Assembly: GCA_965227295.1 (NCBI GenBank)
Contig: OZ245742.1
Span: 5,376,001 to 5,440,000 of the forward strand
Length of the DNA: 64,000 nucleotides
DNA from: Leptonemataceae bacterium
Lineage (GTDB): Bacteria; Spirochaetota; Leptospiria; Leptospirales; Leptonemataceae
Direction: 5' to 3'
A program made the translations under genes and the position numbers. Below the pieces are notes generated by a model. That model saw nothing but the letters and a program-made list of their open reading frames with translations, was not told the DNA's origin and searched no databases. Within the stretch, counting starts at the first letter, position 1; every line of letters begins with the position of its first letter. Shown piece after piece: positions 1 through 8,985 of the stretch.

Positions 1-471
1 ATTGCGAATATAGTTCATCGTGGCAGGCCCTGCCAGAACCCGGGCCTGCCCCGAAGAATCCAGAATCAGTGCCAACGGCAGAGTCCCGTCCCAGGCCGGA
101 TACAGACGGTGCGCGGAGCACAGGGCATGATCATCCGGGCCGCAACTCCTTAAGTTCGGAGCATTTTCGCGGAAGATACGGCGCGCAGAAGCTTCGTCCC
201 GATGGTCGGCCAGGACGGCGAGCACCGCCACGCCGTGGTCTCGCGCCAAATCACGATGCCGTGACAGGATATGGAGTTCTTCGAGGCACGGCCCGCACCA
301 GGTAGCCCAGAACACAACCAATAGTTCACGCATGCCACTGTCCGCTTTCGCCAGCGCCAGCAGAGCATCGTGGTCTTGCGGGGTCAGTCGCAACGTTTCC
401 TCATCGGCCGGCCGGCAGACCGGGAAGATCGTCAACAGCAGGAGCAAACCCCAGGGTCGGAGTACCTTCAT
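1..471 (-). CDS. TlpA/thioredoxin-like disulfide reductase (truncated at window edge)
   Basis: Not in the ORF track; translated by hand: MKVLRPWGLLLLLTIFPVC...VVFWATWCGPCLEEL...WDGTLP. It has a CxxC motif and a signal-like N-terminus. Its ATG overlaps the kinase stop (ATGA) and the frame stays open to base 1. Confidence 0.85.
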   Translation of the reverse strand, partial: MKVLRPWGLLLLLTIFPVCRPADEETLRLTPQDHDALLALAKADSGMRELLVVFWATWCGPCLEELHILSRHRDLARDHGVAVLAVLADHRDEASARRIFRENAPNLRSCGPDDHALCSAHRLYPAWDGTLPLALILDSSGQARVLAGPATMNYIRN

Positions 472-1631
472 TGCCGAATTCCCTTTCCTTGAACCGGGAT
501 TTCTGTTTTCCGTCCGTCTTTCCGGGCCACGGGAAGGCTGATCCGGAAGATCGTGCCGTGACCGGGCCGGGATTTGAAACTGATGTTGCCGCCGTGAATT
601 TGAGCGATCTTCTTGCAGCTCGCCAGACCGATGCCGGTGCCCTCGTACTCTCCCACGCCGTGCAGGCGCTGAAAAATTTCGAACACGCGCGCTGCGTAGG
701 CCTCTTCAATGCCAATGCCGTTGTCTTCGACCTCAATGTCGACGAGGCCGTCTCGCCCGGCCGGTACGGCGCGAATCCGGACCACGGGGGGAACGTTTCG
801 GCGAAACTTAATCGCATTGGCAAATAGATTCTGAAAGAGTATGCGGATCAATGACGCATCGCCGTGAATCTCCGGCAAGGGCCCGACCTCCACATCGGCA
901 TCGGTAGACTTTAAGGCATGGCGAAGATCACTGAGCGCGGCTTCCACGGCTTCCCGCAGGGAAAAATCCTGCATGGGCTTGCGACCCCGGCCCAGACGCG
1001 AATACGCAAGCAAATCATCGATCAGGGCTCGCATGCGGGCCAGACCACTCCGGATGAATTCAACATACTGGATCGTCTTCTCATCGGTGGCCTGCTTGTG
1101 GCGCTCCACCAGCAGATCGACAAAGCTACCGACGGTGCGCAGCGGTTCCTTGAGGTCGTGCGAGGCGACGTAGGCAAACTGTTCCAGTTCGGCGTTGGAC
1201 TGGCTCAGTTCCGTGTTCGCCTCCGCCAGCTCCACGTTTGCCTGCGAAAGCTGGCGCGGACTGGGGACCCGCAGGAGGTGTGGAATCAAGGGCCACAGGA
1301 GTATCGCGGTGGCGATGGACAGGACTGCCGTGAGTGCCTTCAGCACACCCTCCGCACGATAGACCGGATTCCAGAGCACGAAGATGTTTACAAAATGGTT
1401 GATGCCGCACGCTACAATGAATAGCGCGAACAACCATAGCGGCCACCGCACTTCCAGGTCCGATCGACGCACGGCAAAGTATACGAGTGCGAACGGAATC
1501 GAAAGATACGAAAGACCGATGGCCGTGTCCGAAACGACATGCAGCCAGAGAATCTCCGGCAGCCACATGTAGCAGTGCCCGTGGGGCATGAACTGTTCCT
1601 GCTCCAGTAAACGAAAAAAGAAATCCATCAT
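468..1631 (-). CDS. Sensor histidine kinase with ethylene-receptor-like (ETR1-type) N-terminal membrane domain
   Basis: N-terminal SD..I..SY.SIP..LVYF...FIVACGINH pattern; H-box ELEQFAYVASHDLKEPLR; N box NLFANAIKF; G boxes DNGIGI and GTGIGL. Confidence 0.9.
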   Translation of the reverse strand: MMDFFFRLLEQEQFMPHGHCYMWLPEILWLHVVSDTAIGLSYLSIPFALVYFAVRRSDLEVRWPLWLFALFIVACGINHFVNIFVLWNPVYRAEGVLKALTAVLSIATAILLWPLIPHLLRVPSPRQLSQANVELAEANTELSQSNAELEQFAYVASHDLKEPLRTVGSFVDLLVERHKQATDEKTIQYVEFIRSGLARMRALIDDLLAYSRLGRGRKPMQDFSLREAVEAALSDLRHALKSTDADVEVGPLPEIHGDASLIRILFQNLFANAIKFRRNVPPVVRIRAVPAGRDGLVDIEVEDNGIGIEEAYAARVFEIFQRLHGVGEYEGTGIGLASCKKIAQIHGGNISFKSRPGHGTIFRISLPVARKDGRKTEIPVQGKGIRQ

Positions 1632-1658
1632 CCAGGTACTCCTGACGCCATAGTAGCC

Positions 1659-2618
1659 TCAATCGTCGTTCGTACGGCCCGCGGGGACCCGCCAACGATC
1701 CATGACCTTCACGGCCTGCTCTACGTGGTGCGAGATCTCTTCCGCTCTCTCACGAAAGAGAGCAGGATGATTCTCCCGGTCATCAATCGACTCATGGATC
1801 AGGCTGGCGGCCTCCCGAATGGCCCGCAACGGCTGCTCCATTTCCTGGACGATTCTATGCTCCACTCGCTTCTTCTCGGTGATATCCCAGGCAACGACCA
1901 TGCGCGCCGAATCCATGGAGAATGCACCCTCGATCGCGCTGACGATCTCTTCCACGTAGAAACTCTCGCCGCCCACCGAACAGTAGCGGCGTTCTGTTAT
2001 AGTACCGAGGGGAGCGCCGGCAAGAGGCTCATCGGGACGCAAATCTTCGAGTCGCCTGCCGATTACCTGCGAAGCCGTGTCTGCCTTAAACAAGAGGACC
2101 CCGGCATCGTTTACGAATTCTATGCGATCTTGTTCGACCAGAAAGATGGCGTTCGGGGAGTTCTGCACGACCGCGCGGTAGCTCCGCTCACTCTTACGCA
2201 CCGAAGCGACCATGCGCTGGCGTTCCAATGCGTATCGCAGAGCCCGCAACATCGTCTGCGCCGTATCGGAACCTTTGATAAGATAATCCTGGGCGCCGAG
2301 CTTCAGCGACTCCATGGCAAGATTATTGTCTTCCATGCCGGTCAAAACGATGACGGGCTGCTCGGAGAAAGTTATGCGCGCCCGGCGAACGGTATCGATG
2401 CCCCTGGACTCGGGCAGACTCAGGTCCAGCAGCACGATATCATAATTTACGACCCGGGCCAGGTGTTCGGCTTCAGTCAGGTTTCGCGCGACCTGAAGCG
2501 ATGGCGGCGCATGCCCGGCGGGAACAAAGCTATCTTGAATCAGCTCCTGTAACTGAAACGCGTCCGCTGGATTATCTTCGATGATCAGGACGGATGTATT
2601 ACTGATGTCGGAGATCAC
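1659..2618 (-). CDS. Response regulator: REC + PAS + degenerate DHp-like tail
   Basis: IIEDNPAD...DIVLLDLSLP...LTG...DYLIK receiver; PAS-like YRAVVQNSPNAIF...WDITEKK. Confidence 0.85.
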   Translation of the reverse strand: MISDISNTSVLIIEDNPADAFQLQELIQDSFVPAGHAPPSLQVARNLTEAEHLARVVNYDIVLLDLSLPESRGIDTVRRARITFSEQPVIVLTGMEDNNLAMESLKLGAQDYLIKGSDTAQTMLRALRYALERQRMVASVRKSERSYRAVVQNSPNAIFLVEQDRIEFVNDAGVLLFKADTASQVIGRRLEDLRPDEPLAGAPLGTITERRYCSVGGESFYVEEIVSAIEGAFSMDSARMVVAWDITEKKRVEHRIVQEMEQPLRAIREAASLIHESIDDRENHPALFRERAEEISHHVEQAVKVMDRWRVPAGRTNDD

Positions 2619-3067
2619 ACTTCGCCTCTGACATGATCCCCCGAGCGCGGCAAACGCGCGACGAAAATCCAGAACTCTTCGATGGCGGCGACGACGCGGT
2701 GGAAACTTTCAAGACTCACGGGTTTCTGAATAAATGAGTTCGCGTGCCACCGATAGGAAGCGAGAACGTCCTGGTCTGAACTCGAGGTGGTCAGTATGAC
2801 TACGGGGATGCACTTGAGGGCTTCGTCTTGTTTTACGCGCTGTAGGATTTCGAGGCCGTTGATCTTCGGTAAGTTCAGATCCAGAAGAATGAGATCCGGA
2901 CATCGCCTTTCGCCCCGGCGGGCCTCTTCGAGCTTCCGCCAGGCGGCAGCGCCGTCCTCCGCAACATCCAGGTCGTAGTTATTTAATTTTCCGGCCAGAG
3001 CCTCCCGCGTAAGGACAATATCCGCGGGATTGTCTTCGATCAGGAAAATGTTGAATCCAGAATCCAT
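2615..3067 (-). CDS. Single-domain response regulator (Rcp1-like)
   Basis: LIEDNPAD, PDLILLDLNLPKING, IPVVILTTS, ANSFIQKP, IEEFW motifs. Confidence 0.92.
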   Translation of the reverse strand: MDSGFNIFLIEDNPADIVLTREALAGKLNNYDLDVAEDGAAAWRKLEEARRGERRCPDLILLDLNLPKINGLEILQRVKQDEALKCIPVVILTTSSSDQDVLASYRWHANSFIQKPVSLESFHRVVAAIEEFWIFVARLPRSGDHVRGEV

Positions 3068-3344
3068 GCAAATATTGCAGCTACGATAGAGTCCTCACCC
3101 GATCAGATGTATTAAGATCAGAAAAAAGCTGCAAAAGACCACTGTTTTTACGAGGAGTCAAAGCGGGTATATCCTCAGCCCTCGATCTGACCAGAATTGA
3201 TCCATGCGGACCACTCCGCAAATACTAAACTCGCCAGACAAAAGGCCTACTTTCGCAAAATCGCGAAACCGTCATCGATTCTTCATCGTCCACTGAAAGG
3301 TTTGTGTTATCGATACAAGCGGACAACCGAACCAGGAGGGCGAC

Positions 3345-3746
3345 ATGAACAACGGCGACAATCAAACCGATATCCGATCACTCAAAACGGCGGTGCAACT
3401 GCTACAGGAACGGCGGCGCGAACCGCGGGAACGCATCCTCTACGACGACCCCGCGCGCATCTATCTGGAGTTAGGCGTCTTTCAAAAACCAAGGCGGGTC
3501 GGGCGGCCGGACGACTCCGCCGACGACGTCTTCGTCGAAGCGGAAGTCGTGGATCTTTCGTCGCGTGGATGCAGCCTGCTCTTTCGCGATCCGCGGGTCT
3601 TGCTGGACGAGTACTCGCTGTGCCTGGTCGAACTGCCGGAGCACATGAGCGAAGACGAACCGCTGCGACTGGCGATGCTACGCTGGAGCATCGTGCCGGA
3701 TCAGGGCGAGCCGGAAGTCATCAACGCCGGCTTCGAGTTTCTCTGA
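3345..3746 (+). CDS. PilZ-like domain protein
   Basis: ERRREPR (RxxxR) and DLSSRGC (DxSxxG) motifs; AGGAGG RBS upstream. Confidence 0.7.
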   Translation: MNNGDNQTDIRSLKTAVQLLQERRREPRERILYDDPARIYLELGVFQKPRRVGRPDDSADDVFVEAEVVDLSSRGCSLLFRDPRVLLDEYSLCLVELPEHMSEDEPLRLAMLRWSIVPDQGEPEVINAGFEFL

Positions 3747-3787
3747 TTTTCGATATACAACGCGCGCATTCGGGCGAAGCTGCGCCC

Positions 3788-4375
3788 ATGCCTGAGCTGA
3801 GTTCGATCTGCGTATTCTGCGGCTCCAGTCCGGGGCTACGGCCGATCTATCTGGAAGCCGCGGCGGAGCTGGGTTCCACGCTGGTGCGGCGAAAGATCGA
3901 TCTCGTCTACGGCGGCGCGGACGTCGGTGTGATGGGACACATCGCCCATGCGGTGCTGGAACGCGGCGGTCGCGTCACCGGTGTGATTCCGCAGAGCCTC
4001 GTGGAAAAAGAGGTCGCCTACAAAGAACTCGCCGATCTGCAAATCGTCGGTTCCATGCACGAACGCAAGGCACGCATGAACGATCTGAGCGACGGCTTCA
4101 TTGCACTGCCCGGCGGCCTCGGCACGCTGGAAGAACTCGCCGAGATCCTTACCTGGGCCCAACTCGGCTTTCACAGCAAACCCATCGGCGTCTGGAACGT
4201 GGAGGGTTACTTCAACGGCCTCCTGGATTTTGTGCAGCACATGGTCCGCGAAAAATTCATGAAGCCCATGAACCTGGACCTGCTGCTGCACGACACGGAC
4301 ATCGAACGCCTGCTTGATCGCATGGCGGACTACGAACCGCCGGCGGATATTCGCAGGTGGATGGAAGTGCCGTGA
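3788..4375 (+). CDS. LOG family nucleotide phosphoribohydrolase
   Basis: ICVFCGSS, LVYGGADVGVMG, MHERK, PGGLGTLEE; start placed at ATG 3788 inside ORF 3197..4375. Confidence 0.93.
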   Translation: MPELSSICVFCGSSPGLRPIYLEAAAELGSTLVRRKIDLVYGGADVGVMGHIAHAVLERGGRVTGVIPQSLVEKEVAYKELADLQIVGSMHERKARMNDLSDGFIALPGGLGTLEELAEILTWAQLGFHSKPIGVWNVEGYFNGLLDFVQHMVREKFMKPMNLDLLLHDTDIERLLDRMADYEPPADIRRWMEVP

Positions 4376-4408
4376 GCAAGGATTGCTTGCATCACTCATG
4401 GAAGGAGG

Positions 4409-4864
4409 CTAAATCGAATCTGAACTGAAATAGAGGACAATGAAATACGCAAGCAAGTATAGCCAAACGACCAGGAAACCAAACGCGAGAACCTTTAGAG
4501 CCGTAGTTATCGATATTGCCAGCTTGCGACCCTCACCGATATCCCGCGAAGCCTGCACAAATGTACCGCCGCTTTCGCCGAACAAGTCTGCTTCGAATTT
4601 TACGACAAGCTTTCGCCACTGCCTCTGAAGCATTTGGCCGGCATGGATCACCCAGATCCAGATAATTGCGATAAAGGTTCCGACAAGGCCGATGAGAATG
4701 GAATTAGGAACCCCGAATTTCGATTCAGACTGTAGCACTACTGCGAGTAGACCGGATTGCACTAAGAGAAAGAAATTGTTTCGTGTCCAGATCAACGACG
4801 GATGCTGACGCAATTGATTCAACGCTTCCTGGTAAATTAAGAGCTTCCTTTCCTGCGCCTTCAT
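4409..4864 (-). CDS. Small membrane protein with about 3 TM helices (possibly RipA-like)
   Basis: Hydrophobic segments; WTRNNFFLLVQSGLL; AAGGA RBS; visibly AT-richer than its neighbours. Confidence 0.65.
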   Translation of the reverse strand: MKAQERKLLIYQEALNQLRQHPSLIWTRNNFFLLVQSGLLAVVLQSESKFGVPNSILIGLVGTFIAIIWIWVIHAGQMLQRQWRKLVVKFEADLFGESGGTFVQASRDIGEGRKLAISITTALKVLAFGFLVVWLYLLAYFIVLYFSSDSI

Positions 4865-5015
4865 CGTTTCCTTAATATTCGGGGCCCGCTATCACATCGA
4901 TGTCAATAAAAATTCAGATTCGGCTACGCCCTCCAACCCAACGCCGGTTTTGCATAACACAACGAATCCGATACCCGCTTGCCAGCAGCCTGCTATCGCA
5001 CAAAAGTAGCCAGAG

Positions 5016-7550
5016 ATGAATGAATTCGGCCTGAACGAACTGGGCGCCCTGGTCCTCCTGCTCTCGGGTGCCGTCGTAATTTTTTCCATACTAATGGCGC
5101 TGCTCGGAATGTCCCTGCCCCTGGAACGCAGCCTCAGCCGCTCACTGATCCTCGAGGTCCTCGACCGCGGTCGGCGCGGGCGGGGTTCCCTGGCCCACGG
5201 CTTCGCGCGTTCCGTGCTGGGCATCTGGCGGCCGGTCAAGCTCGCGATCTTGCGACACAGCGGCATCGGCACCCAGGCCATGGCCCTGGAACTAAGTCGC
5301 CGCGCCTTCTACGTGAACCTCTCGTTGGCCGGCCTGGCCATGACGATCCTGTTCAGCCTCATGTGGATGAACGATCTCACCAACATGTACGTGGCGAACC
5401 ACTCCTCCGCGGACCTGCCGGTCTTCTTTCGCATCACGGCGGCCTGGGCCGGTTCCAGCGGATCGCTGCTGTTCTGGTACTTCCTGCTCACGTTGTTTAC
5501 GGCCGTCGTCATCTACCAGACGCGCAACAAACTCTTCAATCGCCTGCCGGCGCTGTTTCTGATCTTAGGTACACTTCAGTTATTGTTTGTACTGCTGAAT
5601 CTCTTTTTCGAAGACGCGCAACCCTTTCGAGAGTACCAGGCCGAAGTCCTGGCCGGCCGGGGCATCAACCCGCTGCTGTTGCACTGGGCCATGATCATCC
5701 ACCCGCCCATCCTCTACGTCGGTTACGTGAGCTTCGCGATTCCCTTCGCCATCGCCATGGCCGCCGTCATCTCCGGCAATCTGCGCGACGACTGGTTGCC
5801 GCTCATGCGCCGCTGGTCGATCTTCGCGTGGTTCTTCCTGGGGACCGGCATTCTTTTAGGCAGCAAGTGGGCCTACGAAGAACTCGGCTGGGGCGGCTAC
5901 TGGGCCTGGGACCCCGTCGAGAACGCGTCGCTCATGCCCTTCTTACTCGCGACGGCGTTCCTGCATTCGCTCATCGTTCAGGAACGTCGCGGCATGTTGA
6001 AGTTCTGGAACGTCATCTTAATTACCGCCGCCTATCACATGTGCCTCACGGGAACCTGGATCACACGCAGCGGCGTGCTTGAAGGACCGCACTCATTCGC
6101 CGAGTCCACCATCGGCACACCGATGATCGTCTACATCCTGGTGAGTTTCGCCTTTTACATGCGCTACGTTTACTTCCAGCGCCTGCGACTGCGACCGGAT
6201 CATAAGATGGAGCACCTGACTTCGAAAGAAGGCAGCATGCTGCTCAACAACCTGCTCATGGCCCTGGCCATGCTGGTCGTACTCGTCGGCGTGTTTTCGC
6301 CGTTGTTGCCGCTGGACTGTCGTTTCGACGAGGGCTTCGTCTGTCACAAGGTCGAGTGGAAACAGAGCGCGTACAACAAACTCATGGTCCCCATCGGCAT
6401 CCTGACGCTCTTTCTCATGGGCGCCTCGCCGTTGTTGTCCTGGCGGCGACCGGCCTGGGAAGTCTGGAAAAAGACCCTGCGCTGGCCTGTGCTCGCCGGA
6501 ATCATCGGCGGCGTGGTCTTCGCGCTGATCTACGGCTTTCTGTTCACCCGCGCCGCCGGGGCGGACCGCAGTTCCTGGGGACCAGGCATTTTCGCGGACG
6601 TCTTTTCGATCCTCACCGTGGCCGTGGCCGTCTTCGTCATCGTCGGCCTGGGGATGGAATATCGCCTGGGCGTAAAGTCGCGCATGATTCGCTTCGGCGA
6701 GAACCCGGTCTTAGCTCTCATTCGTTTGATCTTACGCAACAAACGTCGCTACGGCGGATACCTGGTGCACCTGTCGGTGGTGTTTCTGTTCGTAGGTTAT
6801 GCCGGCGGTACCTTTAAGAAAACGGACAAGTTCGAGTTTCATTACGTGCTCACCCCCTGGCATCCGGAAGACGACGCCGTGCGTTACTACAGCGGCGACA
6901 AGGCTTATCTCGAAAACTACGAGATCGAAGCCCGGGACCTCTTTCTCCGCCCCGAGTTCAAAGAACACGCCGATCCGGCGAATCCCGTTTACTTCACCAT
7001 CGCACAGGAAGCGCACTTTCATATTCAGCAGGGCGGTGCAAAACACAGCTACATGCGTGAAGACGAACGCCGGCCCGACGAGGTATCCCCGCTGGCCTTC
7101 GCGAACCGGCCGCATTCCACGTTCGCGAACCTGGTGAAGACCACGACCGGCTACGTCCTGGACGGGCGCATGAAGACCGAACGCCACTTCCATCCGCAGA
7201 TCGATCCGGCTTCCGGCCGGGTACTGCGCGACCGCTCCGCCCGGGCCCGGCACACACCCACGTCCGAGCCGGACATCCGCAGCACCTGGTACGAGGACAT
7301 CTACATTCAGCTTGGCTCCATCTACGATCCGGCGGCCGAAAACAACCCGGACCTCAATCACATGTACGAGTTTTATTACTACGGCAGTGACCGCGGTCCG
7401 GAGATGTACGGCAGCATCTTCCCGCGGACGATTACGGCCACGCTGGAAGTATGGATCAACCCGCTGGTGAAATTCATCTGGCTGGGCTCGGTGTTGTTTT
7501 TCCTGAGCGGCCTGTTGATTCTGTTGCCCTTCGGAGAGCGGGATCTGTAA
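5016..7550 (+). CDS. ccmF: Heme lyase CcmF/NrfE family subunit
   Basis: WAG..GSLLFW, IHPP, WGGYWAWDPVENASL (WWD domain), GGYLVH, NPLVKFIW. Confidence 0.95.
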   Translation: MNEFGLNELGALVLLLSGAVVIFSILMALLGMSLPLERSLSRSLILEVLDRGRRGRGSLAHGFARSVLGIWRPVKLAILRHSGIGTQAMALELSRRAFYVNLSLAGLAMTILFSLMWMNDLTNMYVANHSSADLPVFFRITAAWAGSSGSLLFWYFLLTLFTAVVIYQTRNKLFNRLPALFLILGTLQLLFVLLNLFFEDAQPFREYQAEVLAGRGINPLLLHWAMIIHPPILYVGYVSFAIPFAIAMAAVISGNLRDDWLPLMRRWSIFAWFFLGTGILLGSKWAYEELGWGGYWAWDPVENASLMPFLLATAFLHSLIVQERRGMLKFWNVILITAAYHMCLTGTWITRSGVLEGPHSFAESTIGTPMIVYILVSFAFYMRYVYFQRLRLRPDHKMEHLTSKEGSMLLNNLLMALAMLVVLVGVFSPLLPLDCRFDEGFVCHKVEWKQSAYNKLMVPIGILTLFLMGASPLLSWRRPAWEVWKKTLRWPVLAGIIGGVVFALIYGFLFTRAAGADRSSWGPGIFADVFSILTVAVAVFVIVGLGMEYRLGVKSRMIRFGENPVLALIRLILRNKRRYGGYLVHLSVVFLFVGYAGGTFKKTDKFEFHYVLTPWHPEDDAVRYYSGDKAYLENYEIEARDLFLRPEFKEHADPANPVYFTIAQEAHFHIQQGGAKHSYMREDERRPDEVSPLAFANRPHSTFANLVKTTTGYVLDGRMKTERHFHPQIDPASGRVLRDRSARARHTPTSEPDIRSTWYEDIYIQLGSIYDPAAENNPDLNHMYEFYYYGSDRGPEMYGSIFPRTITATLEVWINPLVKFIWLGSVLFFLSGLLILLPFGERDL

Positions 7551-7595
7551 AAAATTGTTAGCAAAATTACGATCACCGCGTCAGTGTGGACTACC

Positions 7596-7886
7596 ATGAT
7601 TCGCCGGACGAGTGCCGTTAGTATGATCCAGAAAATCCTTCAATACTACATCCTGCCGCTGTTGCTGATTGCCGCGCTCCTGCTCGGTTGCGGCTACACC
7701 GATTGCACCGAGGAATCCGACGAACGCGCGACGTGCATCACCCTGCTGTCCGTGGCGGCGCTGAGCCGTTATCCCACCAGTTCTTCGACGGATGCGGAGA
7801 TCGCCCTCTCGTTCCAGACGTCCGCGTCCATCATCCTGCTCGCGCCGTTTATTTGCGAAGAACAGGTGGCCGAGGTTTGCCGCTGA
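7596..7886 (+). CDS. Small putative lipoprotein
   Basis: Signal peptide with LLLGC lipobox and several Cys; fills the gap between ccmF and ccmH; start uncertain. Confidence 0.55.
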   Translation: MIRRTSAVSMIQKILQYYILPLLLIAALLLGCGYTDCTEESDERATCITLLSVAALSRYPTSSSTDAEIALSFQTSASIILLAPFICEEQVAEVCR

Positions 7887-7912
7887 GGCGGTTTCGTCAC
7901 TACGTTATCGTC

Positions 7913-8563
7913 ATGCGATTCGGCCTCGTTCGTTTCGGCCGCGCCCTGCTCCGGCGTGTGCCGCACATCCTGCTCGCCGGCCTGCTGGTGTACATTGCCA
8001 TGCCGATCTGGCTGCCCCTCGTTCCCGTACACAACGCCCGTCACCGGCACGCGCACACGCTGCACGCCCAGAACGTATACACGAATCTACAAAACCCCGC
8101 GCACATTAAAATCTTCAACGAAGTCTCCGACGGCGTGGTCTGCCAGTGCGGCTGCAATTTCGTACTGAGCAGTTGTCCGCACGTCGAATGCCCCTGGGGC
8201 ATTCCGGCGCGACGTTTCATTGAAGCACAGATCCAGGGCGGCATGGGAGCCGAAGAAATCCTCAGCAAAATGGATAAAGGCTTCGGCGCCGGCGTTCGCG
8301 AGCAGGCGATCAGCCAGGCCCTGATCGCCGCCGGACGCGAGGACATCGTCAACGGCATGATCGCCGGCTGGGGCCCCGAAATTCGCGCCCACGCGTCACC
8401 GATCCCGCTGATCGCCGTCATCGTGCTCGGCCTGACCCTGGCCGTCTGGCTCTTCGTCTACTGGCGCCGGCGGAACTACGACGCGAGCCATGGCGGGCAG
8501 ACCACGGATACCCCGCAATCCGACGATGCCTGGCTGGACCGCGTTCGCGACATCGACCGATGA
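7913..8563 (+). CDS. ccmH: Cytochrome c biogenesis protein, CcmH-like
   Basis: VVCQCGC...C....C...RRFIEAQIQGGM..EEI followed by a C-terminal TM; position in ccm cluster. Confidence 0.75.
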   Translation: MRFGLVRFGRALLRRVPHILLAGLLVYIAMPIWLPLVPVHNARHRHAHTLHAQNVYTNLQNPAHIKIFNEVSDGVVCQCGCNFVLSSCPHVECPWGIPARRFIEAQIQGGMGAEEILSKMDKGFGAGVREQAISQALIAAGREDIVNGMIAGWGPEIRAHASPIPLIAVIVLGLTLAVWLFVYWRRRNYDASHGGQTTDTPQSDDAWLDRVRDIDR

Positions 8564-8985
8564 GTACTATCTTAACCGTCATTTTTTCAATCTTAACGAT
8601 CCTGGCCGTCCTGGCTTTGCTGCTCCCCCTGCGCACGGGAGTGCGGTCGCCGCTGCTGTTCTTCACCGACGGCGCCCGCAAGTCCGACGACCTGCGCATC
8701 CGCCGGCGGGTCATTGTCGAGAACCTGCGCGATTTACAGATCGAACGAGAGCTGGGCAAACTCAGCGAAGAACGCTTCCGCGAACTGGCCGGCCCCCTCG
8801 CCGGAGAACTGGAAACTGTCGAAGCGGAACTCCAGGCAGCGGGGACGCCGGCGCGGCAACGCAACGTCCAGAGCAATCGCCTGGGCTGGTACTGTCCCGA
8901 ATGCGGCGCGCTGAACCGCGATCCGGAGCTGACGTTCACGCAGTGCGTGCAGTGCGGACTGGATCTGAAACAACAAACACCATGA
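8560..8985 (+). CDS. CcmI-like N-terminal membrane protein with zinc ribbon
   Basis: N-terminal TM; LRDLQIERELGKLSEERF; CPECG...CVQCG. Confidence 0.7.
   Translation: MSTILTVIFSILTILAVLALLLPLRTGVRSPLLFFTDGARKSDDLRIRRRVIVENLRDLQIERELGKLSEERFRELAGPLAGELETVEAELQAAGTPARQRNVQSNRLGWYCPECGALNRDPELTFTQCVQCGLDLKQQTP

Noticed and set aside
69..541. Short ORFs listed at the left edge
   Set aside because: They are shadows of the real minus-strand TlpA-like gene 1..471
3197..3787. N-terminal extension of the 392-aa ORF onto the LOG protein
   Set aside because: It overlaps the PilZ-like gene in another frame, and LOG homology starts at ATG 3788
4376..5015. Possible integron cassette or IS context around the AT-richer gene
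   Set aside because: No convincing attC site, inverted repeats, target duplication or integrase/transposase
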